Positions 57,593 through 64,000 of a stretch of DNA of 64,000 nt are shown piece by piece. The translations under genes and the position numbers were made by a program. This stretch comes from an uncultured Verrucomicrobiae bacterium (GTDB lineage: Bacteria; Verrucomicrobiota; Verrucomicrobiia; Chthoniobacterales; UBA10450), in NCBI GenBank assembly GCA_963801815.1, contig CAWDGJ010000008.1:32001-96000 (forward strand). Direction: 5' to 3'. Under the pieces are notes generated by a model, which ran no database searches, was not told where the DNA came from, and saw only the letters and a program-made list of their open reading frames with translations. Every line of letters starts with the position of its first letter. Within the stretch, counting starts at the first letter, position 1.

Positions 57593-58120
57593 GTGCTTCC
57601 TTTGAGTCCAAAAATCGTATTTGGCGCGGCTGTGCTAGCCGCGGTGACGTCATCCGCTAACGCGAACATGTTTCCAAACTCCGGCCCGACGGTTCCGGGA
57701 AATCGCGCACGTCTCCGTTCTGGTCAGGCGGCGGCGCCGGATTCAGCGCCACTCGCGGTCAAGAAGGCCATCTGGGCCGCAAATCAACTTTTTCGAAAGC
57801 CCTACATCTTTGGTGGCGGTCACAAATCATTCGTCGATCGCGGTTACGACTGTTCGGGGACGGTGTCATACGCACTCGGCGGCGCCGGTTTACTGAAATC
57901 ACCGATCAGCTCAACCGAGTTCCGTAAGTACGGCGAAAGCGGCCGCGGCAGATGGATTACGATTTACGCGCGCAACGGGCACACTTACGCAATCATTGCC
58001 GGGTTGCGCCTCGACACCACGCCATACATAACCGCGCACGACAAATGGGCGCCGGGTTGGCAGATAGCCGAGCGCGTGCCGGCGGGCGGATTTGAAGCAC
58101 GGCATCCGGTCGGATTGTAA
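57593..58120 (+). CDS. Small secreted NlpC/P60-like peptidoglycan endopeptidase
   Basis: KPY.FGGGH, GYDCSGTVSYAL, GRWITIY...GH. Confidence 0.82.
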   Translation: MLPLSPKIVFGAAVLAAVTSSANANMFPNSGPTVPGNRARLRSGQAAAPDSAPLAVKKAIWAANQLFRKPYIFGGGHKSFVDRGYDCSGTVSYALGGAGLLKSPISSTEFRKYGESGRGRWITIYARNGHTYAIIAGLRLDTTPYITAHDKWAPGWQIAERVPAGGFEARHPVGL

Positions 58121-58198
58121 ATCTGCACGGATCGAGCAACGTCGACCATCACAAGATCGACATCCACAAGGCGGAACTTTGGATTTACGCCAGCCGAA

Positions 58199-58783
58199 TT
58201 GCGCAAGCTCCGTGCCCTAAAAACGCCGGACGGAATTCAACGTTTCCTGGACGAGCTTCCTTATAATCTTGGTTACACAGCGCGTTCGCCGAAAAAAGTC
58301 TTACATGAACGTGCAGCGTCCTGCCTGGAAGGCGGAGTTTTTGCGGCCGCCGCGCTCCGAGTTCTTGGATTTCCGCCGCTAATTTTCGATTTGGAAGCGG
58401 AGCAGGACACCGATCATGTAGTCGCAATTTTCAAGGTCCGCGGACATTGGGGCGCGGTTGCAAAATCAAACTTCACGGGCTGTCGCTATCGCGAGCCGGT
58501 CTATCGCACCTTGCGCGAGTTGGCGATGAGTTACTTCAATATCTATTTCAATTTGCGATTTGAGCGCACTCTGCGGACCTATTCGCGACCAGTGAACCTC
58601 GCGCGCTTTGATCGCTTCAATTGGATGACGACGGACAAACCGGTTTGGTTCATCGCGGAATACCTTTGCGAGATTCCGCACATTCGATTGCTGAACCGAG
58701 CAATGGAAAAAAATCTCACAAGGCTAGACCCGCGCAGCGTCCGCGCCGAAATGACGGGCCATCGCGCGAAGGGGTCCGCCTAG
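58199..58783 (+). CDS. Conserved hypothetical protein, transglutaminase/papain-like Cys-His motif
   Basis: SP..VL....A.CLEG..FAAAAL, D.DHVVA.F..WGAVAKSN..YREPVY..LREL.MSYF. The true start may lie further upstream. Confidence 0.7.
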   Translation: MRKLRALKTPDGIQRFLDELPYNLGYTARSPKKVLHERAASCLEGGVFAAAALRVLGFPPLIFDLEAEQDTDHVVAIFKVRGHWGAVAKSNFTGCRYREPVYRTLRELAMSYFNIYFNLRFERTLRTYSRPVNLARFDRFNWMTTDKPVWFIAEYLCEIPHIRLLNRAMEKNLTRLDPRSVRAEMTGHRAKGSA

Positions 58784-58815
58784 GCTGGCTGGGCTAGAAG
58801 CGCGTGACAAGCCGG

Positions 58816-59289
58816 CTAAGCGGCGCAAACTTTTGCCGCGGTCGCACTTGCTTCCAATTCCAACGGCGCCTGCCGATAACCGACCGTGGCGCATTGGGTA
58901 ATGTAAGTTTGAAGAAAAGGAACGATGCCGCCCAGCCTTTGATATTGCACGGTGTGGGTGAGCTCATGCGCAATCAGCGTCCGGTCGCGCCAGTGATCAG
59001 AACGAACGAAGATACCGTTCTCCACGGCTAGACCGCGCGGCGCGGCCGTGATGAAGTTGATCGAAGCTGCCGCGGCTTTCAGCATTGGATGGGCGGGCAC
59101 CGGGATCGAATCAACCCGAAGTAATCGGACACGTTCTGGATTGCGAACTCCAATCGCCCTTGCATCGGCCATTTCGTTTTCCGAAAGAGGCACTCCTTCG
59201 CAGAGAACGCGCTGTTGTTGTTCCATCGCCCACTGCGCAGCTAGTGACAGGACATCTTCCATTCGGTCGAAGGCTTCTTGCCGGTCCAT
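58816..59289 (-). CDS. Small HExxH protein (DUF4157/eCIS-core-like)
   Basis: LIAHELTHTVQYQRLGG..FL..Y......GY..APLE.EA. Confidence 0.65.
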   Translation of the reverse strand: MDRQEAFDRMEDVLSLAAQWAMEQQQRVLCEGVPLSENEMADARAIGVRNPERVRLLRVDSIPVPAHPMLKAAAASINFITAAPRGLAVENGIFVRSDHWRDRTLIAHELTHTVQYQRLGGIVPFLQTYITQCATVGYRQAPLELEASATAAKVCAA

Positions 59290-59394
59290 GATTTACTTGA
59301 GAGAGCAAAAACCCGGCCGATCGCACGAGAATTCGCGCGTGCGCGTCGGCAGGAATCAGGAACCCGGCAAGTGCAATTCCCCAGTTAGCGCTAA

Positions 59395-59793
59395 CTACGG
59401 TCCGTAAGGCGACCAGAAACCGGTGCTGGCTACGTCGGAAAGCACGGTGTAATCCGCTGGCGGCACTTGGGGGATCGTGTCAACGGTTTGGGTACCATAG
59501 GCCGAGCCGAACAGGCTGTTGCCCGTATTATAAAGAAGAGAGCCTTTCTTGAGATAGTTTGTCCAATCGGCGACGCCCACCAAATCGCCGGTCTTGCGAT
59601 TAGTCTCAACCGCATACTGGTCGACGGCGGAATCGATCATCCGCAGGTCATTCAAAATTTTGGAAGCCTGGGAGCGCTTGCGGGCCCGCAAGAAACCAGG
59701 AACAGCAATCGCAGCCAACAAGGCAATGATCGCGACAACGATCATAATTTCGACTAAAGTGAACCCCCGGTGCGACCTCGCAGTGAATTTCAT
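59395..59793 (-). CDS. Type IV pilin-like prepilin
   Basis: Class III signal ..RG|FTLVEIMIVVAIIALLAAIAVP. Confidence 0.9.
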   Translation of the reverse strand: MKFTARSHRGFTLVEIMIVVAIIALLAAIAVPGFLRARKRSQASKILNDLRMIDSAVDQYAVETNRKTGDLVGVADWTNYLKKGSLLYNTGNSLFGSAYGTQTVDTIPQVPPADYTVLSDVASTGFWSPYGP

Positions 59794-59808
59794 AATGTGG
59801 AAAAAACG

Positions 59809-59824
59809 AGCATCGCTTATGCCA
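59809..59824 (-). promoter_or_regulatory. Putative sigma-54 promoter of the pilin gene
   Basis: Minus strand TGGCATAAGCGATGCT = GG-N10-GC, about 16 nt above the ATG. Confidence 0.55.
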
Positions 59825-59874
59825 ATATATCGATCAGTGACATTGTGTCCGATTAGGCCTGTCAGGCAGCATCG

Positions 59875-60144
59875 ATGATTCCTTTAGGTCTGAGGACTAC
59901 CACGCCCTTGCCGAGTTACGCTATCTCGGACGAAAGTTTCTCCGCTTTAGCAAGGACTGTTGATCGTCTTGTTGCGAAGAAATTGATCCGGCGTCAGGCA
60001 GGGGAGCACGATCGCCGGGAGCATCATCTCGAGCTAACGACTAAAGGCGAAAGGCGGGTCGAAGAGTTGGCATACGCCCACTACAGGGAATTGGCCAAGC
60101 GAAGCGAGGAAATGATCAAAGGCTTGAGACGGTTGCGGGACTAA
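59875..60144 (+). pseudogene. MarR-family regulator, C-terminal fragment
   Basis: VDRLVAKKLIRR.....DRR...LELT.KG wing motif present; N-terminal helices not recognisable. Confidence 0.55.
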
Positions 60145-60160
60145 GCCGGGCGAATGGTAC

Positions 60161-60724
60161 TCAGTGGATTCGCGCAAAAAGAACCAAAATGTAAAAGATG
60201 AAGAGCGCAATTGCGAAGACCGGCATCGCTTGGTGATAGCGCTCGTTAGGTGTGATGGCGCCAATCAATAGTGTGGCTCCGAACAGTGAATGGAAAGTCA
60301 GATTCGTCGCATTGGGCAAAGTGCCAACAAGGACAACATCTTTGGCCACGCTTGTAACGATCACCCCCAAGGCAAGCAGAAAGAGCCACCTGCGGTGCGC
60401 GAAAAAATTCTCTCTTAGATCGATAGGTTCCGTTCCGAATAGATCCGGAAAAATCAAGCCTGCGACCATGTAGGTCAGCACGGTTTGGAGCAGAACGATG
60501 GCAAACTGTTCGAATGTCCAGTTGTGGATGGCCCGCATTCCAAACATTGCCCACCAGCTCTGAACGCAAGCCAGCAACCAGAGAAGCGCCCACGCGACGA
60601 CCGGCCAATACATCCGGACCTGCGTCCGAGACAGCACGAGTCCGCGAAAACCTTTGAGGATTTGAGTTACCGCAAGGCCGAGTATGACCGAGAGCAGAAC
60701 CGAGAGGTAGCTGAACTCATCCAT
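60161..60724 (-). CDS. Hypothetical integral membrane protein
   Basis: F.YLSVL.S.ILGLA.TQIL, WW.MF, L.FP..DL...F; about 6 TM segments. Confidence 0.7.
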   Translation of the reverse strand: MDEFSYLSVLLSVILGLAVTQILKGFRGLVLSRTQVRMYWPVVAWALLWLLACVQSWWAMFGMRAIHNWTFEQFAIVLLQTVLTYMVAGLIFPDLFGTEPIDLRENFFAHRRWLFLLALGVIVTSVAKDVVLVGTLPNATNLTFHSLFGATLLIGAITPNERYHQAMPVFAIALFIFYILVLFARIH

Positions 60725-60771
60725 GTCGATCTAACTTTTTGGCCGGAGACCCGGCCGATGTAAATTCCGAA

Positions 60772-61182
60772 ATGAGTGTTCACGTCTACGGTTGTAATCA
60801 TGTCGCAATAGAAGTCGACGACATCGAGAAGGCGGTCGCATTTTACAAAGACGTCTTCAATCTGGAGCAGATGGAAGGCGGTGAAGGAGACGCTTTCTTC
60901 AAACTCGGCGAACACCAATTCCTCGCCATCTTTAAAGTCGATCGGGTCCAACCGGCCAATGTTCGCCATTTCGGAATCATGGTGCGCGACGAAGGGCAGC
61001 TCGACGAAATCCGGCAAAAGTTAACCAAGAAATATAAACTCAAACTCGAACCGCCGTTCCGTTGCGATTTTCACGATCCGTGGGGCAACCGCATTCAGGT
61101 TGTTGATCTTCACGACGAATCGTTGATCTGGCTTTTGCCTTATCGCGAAGTGCAGAACGCCGGTATTAAATTTGAAGGGTAA
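60772..61182 (+). CDS. VOC/glyoxalase-family protein
   Basis: NHVAIEVDDIEKAVAFY..VF, HFG, F.DPWGNRIQ. Confidence 0.9.
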   Translation: MSVHVYGCNHVAIEVDDIEKAVAFYKDVFNLEQMEGGEGDAFFKLGEHQFLAIFKVDRVQPANVRHFGIMVRDEGQLDEIRQKLTKKYKLKLEPPFRCDFHDPWGNRIQVVDLHDESLIWLLPYREVQNAGIKFEG

Positions 61183-61286
61183 TGGAGACTTACGGCTGAT
61201 CCACCTCACATTGCCGGTGGAAGACGCGAAACGGGCCTTCGGAGGGCCACAGATGCAGGCATCGTTAATGCCGCTACTGTCCAGCT

Positions 61287-62024
61287 GTGTTGTCCTTTAT
61301 CATTCCGGCGTACAATGAGGAGTTTGAATTGCCAGCCACCTTGGAGGCCATTCGCGTCGCCGCGCGAGAGCAACCACATGAAATTATCGTGGTCGATGAT
61401 GGTTCGACTGACCGGACTGCGGCCGTTGCGCGAGAGGCTGGCGCGAAATTAATTTCAATTCGTCGCCGGCAGATCGCCGCTGCGCGTAACGCAGGGGGCC
61501 GTGCGGCCAGCGGTGACATTTTGTTTTTTGTCGACGCCGACACGCGAATCAATTCCCAGCATGTCCCCGGCGCGATTGCCACGCTTCGAGACGGTTTCGC
61601 CGGCGGCAGCTCGCGCGTGATAATCGACGGAGCGATTCCGATGTGGTCGCGAATCTGTCTCAAAGTCTTCTGCAGTGTTTACTTCGGACTCAACCTCGGA
61701 GCCGGCGCGTTTTTGTTTACCACCAAAGAAAACTTCGACGCGGTCGGTGGCTTCGATGAAAGCTTTTTCATCGGAGAAGAGGTTTATTTCAGCCTGGCGC
61801 TAAGAAAGCTTGGCCAGTTTCGCATTTTGGCCGAGCCGATCGCAACATCGGGACGAAAGCTTCGAATGTACTCAGCGCGTGAAATTCTTCCCCATTTCCT
61901 ACGCATAATATTTTATGGTCCGCGCGTCGCGCGCTCGCGAGACCATCTTGACATTTGGTATGACGGAAAGCGTGAAACAGGATCCGCCTTCGCCAACTCG
62001 CTACGGCGTGACGAGTCGACATGA
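61287..62024 (+). CDS. GT2 glycosyltransferase
   Basis: IIPAYNEE, VVDDGSTD, ARN.G, FVDADT, GGFDE, TSGRK. Confidence 0.9.
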   Translation: MLSFIIPAYNEEFELPATLEAIRVAAREQPHEIIVVDDGSTDRTAAVAREAGAKLISIRRRQIAAARNAGGRAASGDILFFVDADTRINSQHVPGAIATLRDGFAGGSSRVIIDGAIPMWSRICLKVFCSVYFGLNLGAGAFLFTTKENFDAVGGFDESFFIGEEVYFSLALRKLGQFRILAEPIATSGRKLRMYSAREILPHFLRIIFYGPRVARSRDHLDIWYDGKRETGSAFANSLRRDEST

Positions 62025-62464
62025 ACAATTCACAAATCGCGATTGCAACTAGGCCGGAGGAAATTCGCCGCTGTTATCCGGTGATGCACGAATTGCGGAC
62101 CCATATCACCAACGAAGAAAAATTCGTCGAGCGCGTTGTCCGTCAGCAGAAACAAGGGTACCAGCTGGCATTTCTGGAATCGGAGGGTGAAGTCCGCGCC
62201 GTGGCCGGGTATCGATTTCTTGAATCGCTTTTTTCCGGCAAAAATCTCTACGTGGATGACCTCGTTACACGTGAGAGCGACCGTTCGCGCGGATTTGGCG
62301 CTGAATTGCTTGATTGGCTGATTGAGCGGGCGCGGGCAAACCGTTGCGAAACGCTCGAACTGGATTCAGGCGTCCAGCGGTTCGACGCTCACCGCTTTTA
62401 CTTCTCAAGGCGAATGAGCATTTCATCGCATCATTTTCGGATTAATCTCAAACCCGAGGCCTGA
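62021..62464 (+). CDS. GNAT acetyltransferase
   Basis: YVDDLVT....RSRGFG..LL, LDSG..R..AHRFY. Confidence 0.9.
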   Translation: MNNSQIAIATRPEEIRRCYPVMHELRTHITNEEKFVERVVRQQKQGYQLAFLESEGEVRAVAGYRFLESLFSGKNLYVDDLVTRESDRSRGFGAELLDWLIERARANRCETLELDSGVQRFDAHRFYFSRRMSISSHHFRINLKPEA

Positions 62465-62467
62465 CTT

Positions 62468-62809
62468 ATGAAAAACAAAAATCCCTGGATTAAGATGTGT
62501 CCGGGCATCAAGCGACAGACGCTGAGTAGCGGAAAAACGATGTATCAAATGCTGGCGACGCTCGAAGCAGGAAGCAAAATGCCGGCGCACCAGCATCCCC
62601 AGGAGCAGATCGTCCACATTTTGTCGGGCCGGATGAAGTTGATTGTCGATGGAACGCCCCACGACATGAAGGCGGGCGATTCATTCTATCTCGCGAGCAA
62701 CGTGCCCCACGGAGTGGAGACGGTAGAAGAAACCCGGGTGGTCGATACTTTTAGTCCTCCGCGAGAGGAATATCTGGCGATCGACGAAGCCAATCGCCAG
62801 CGCAGGTAG
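62468..62809 (+). CDS. Cupin-domain protein
   Basis: HQHPQEQ...LSG and GDS......VPH, DTFSP.RE.Y. Confidence 0.9.
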   Translation: MKNKNPWIKMCPGIKRQTLSSGKTMYQMLATLEAGSKMPAHQHPQEQIVHILSGRMKLIVDGTPHDMKAGDSFYLASNVPHGVETVEETRVVDTFSPPREEYLAIDEANRQRR

Positions 62810-62871
62810 GTCCTGGCCCTACCAGAAAAAAGAATCGCTTCCGACCCGGTAACCTGTTTAGCATCAATTCC

Positions 62872-63138
62872 ATGTTACACATCATTTGGTCGATCATTAT
62901 CGGTTTCGTCGTCGGCTTGTGCGCGCGTGCGGTTATGCCCGGTGTGCAGCACCTTGGATTCATCTTGACCACCGTGCTCGGCATTGCGGGATCCATCGTC
63001 GGCGGTTTGATTGCACGGATCTTTTCCAAACCCGCACCCGGCTCGGCTTTTCATCCCGCGGGGTTCATCATGTCGGTGATTTGCGCGATCCTTTTGCTCT
63101 GGCTCTGGGGCAGATTCGGCGGCGCAATGGCGCCTTAA
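62872..63138 (+). CDS. GlsB/YeaQ/YmgE (transglycosylase-associated) membrane protein
   Basis: IIIGFVVG..AR..MPG, T..LGIAGS.VGG, S...A..LL. Confidence 0.9.
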   Translation: MLHIIWSIIIGFVVGLCARAVMPGVQHLGFILTTVLGIAGSIVGGLIARIFSKPAPGSAFHPAGFIMSVICAILLLWLWGRFGGAMAP

Positions 63139-63263
63139 GAAGCGCCGCGCTTCCAAATCATCCGACTTTTTCATACGACTCCCGGGGGGGTCGGGTCGGG
63201 GCGGAGCCATCTCAAGTCCCGGTTGCGCTTCCTCAGACTTAGTCTAGAATAGGCGCTTTCGAA

Positions 63264-63527
63264 ATGGCTGAGAACACCGAAACGCTGGATATCAAGCAGT
63301 TCCAGTTGCACGGGAAGGACACGGGCAGCGCCGATGTACAAATCGCTCTGTTGACGCGCCGGATCGGGCAACTCACGGACCACTTGAAAAGCCACGCCAA
63401 AGACCACTCCTCGCGCCGCGGCCTCCTCAAGATGGTTGCCCAGCGCCGGAGCTTGCTCGATTATCTGAGCCGGTCCCAAGCCGAACGTTATAAAAAGCTG
63501 ATCGATACACTGAATCTGCGAAAATGA
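63264..63527 (+). CDS. rpsO: 30S ribosomal protein S15
   Basis: [39 protein letters not shown]. Confidence 0.98.
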   Translation: MAENTETLDIKQFQLHGKDTGSADVQIALLTRRIGQLTDHLKSHAKDHSSRRGLLKMVAQRRSLLDYLSRSQAERYKKLIDTLNLRK

Positions 63528-63608
63528 TTCTGCCCCGCCACGGCGGGATCGATCCTAGCGTCCAGTTTTCAGTGCGACGCCGATTCGAAAGTTAGAAGAA
63601 CGCGACAA

Positions 63609-63710
63609 CCAGGTCGTTAGGCCACCTTGGATTTTAGGTTTTAGTTTCGCGTCCCCGAAAGCATTCGGGGACAACGGGTTTAAAACCTACAGTCAGGGTG
63701 ACCGACCTGG
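63609..63710 (+). promoter_or_regulatory. Long stem-loop in the pnp leader (RNase III-type processing hairpin)
   Basis: CCAGGTCG/CGACCTGG, CACCTT/AGGGTG and TAGGTTTTA/TAAAACCTA arms, capped by GTCCCCGAA-AGCA-TTCGGGGAC. Confidence 0.65.
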
Positions 63711-63734
63711 AACTCGCACAATCAGGAAAATACT

Positions 63735-64000
63735 ATGCAACAGAAGGTCACAGCCCAAATTGGGGCCAATCAAATCTCCATCGAGACCGGCAAAATCGCC
63801 AAGCTCGCCGACGGCGCGGTCATCGTTTCATCCGGCGACACAATGGTATTGGTGAGCGCGGTCTCCGCCGCCGCTATCAAGGAAGGTCAGGATTTCTTTC
63901 CGCTCACCGTCGATTACCGTGAAAAAGCAGCCGCTGCCGGAAAATTTCCGGGCGGTTATTTCAAGCGCGAGGGCCGGCCGACTGAAAAAGAAACGCTGAC
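63735..64000 (+). CDS. pnp: Polyribonucleotide nucleotidyltransferase (3' truncated by window edge)
   Basis: Manual translation [54 protein letters not shown]; follows rpsO. Confidence 0.97.
   Translation, partial: MQQKVTAQIGANQISIETGKIAKLADGAVIVSSGDTMVLVSAVSAAAIKEGQDFFPLTVDYREKAAAAGKFPGGYFKREGRPTEKETL

Noticed and set aside
57593..58783. Stop-codon readthrough fusing NlpC/P60 to the downstream in-frame ORF
   Set aside because: TAA is rarely read through, no recoding signal is seen, and in-frame adjacency has a one-in-three chance.
59395..59763. Conductive 'e-pilin' (12 aromatics in 122 aa)
   Set aside because: Lacks the aromatics at positions 27 and 32 of Geobacter PilA, no cytochrome genes are nearby, and aromatic content alone is weak evidence.
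63698..63922. 74-aa ORF listed in the track
   Set aside because: Off-frame overlap with the true pnp start at 63735.

Overview
Ordinary chromosomal window, about 54 CDS, from a bacterium whose gene set and repeat style suggest a soil Verrucomicrobiota (Chthoniobacterales/Spartobacteria-like); this taxonomy is inference only. No rRNA, tRNA, CRISPR or transposase was seen. The centrepiece is an unusual complex I locus (13.2-26.6 kb): divergent nuoHJKL-M-M-N and nuoABCD..I, with no nuoEFG, two NuoM subunits and a visibly duplicated 26-aa unit in the NuoL lateral helix (a '2M' complex). It is flanked by a pyruvate:ferredoxin oxidoreductase, a ferredoxin and a MidA/NDUFAF7 methyltransferase. The second NuoM has a relocated channel lysine and carries a ~90-bp palindromic repeat inserted in frame; the same element occurs twice intergenically. 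A 17-bp hairpin element also sits in frame in nuoI and nested inside other repeats. Other notable items are a deoxyhypusine-synthase-like gene split by a +1 frameshift, EF-P with Asn at the modified tip, a class A PBP lacking its SxxK motif, and a PAP2-ArnT-GT2 operon. Housekeeping genes include efp, treY, argS, tpiA-pgk-gap, ggt, rpsO and pnp.
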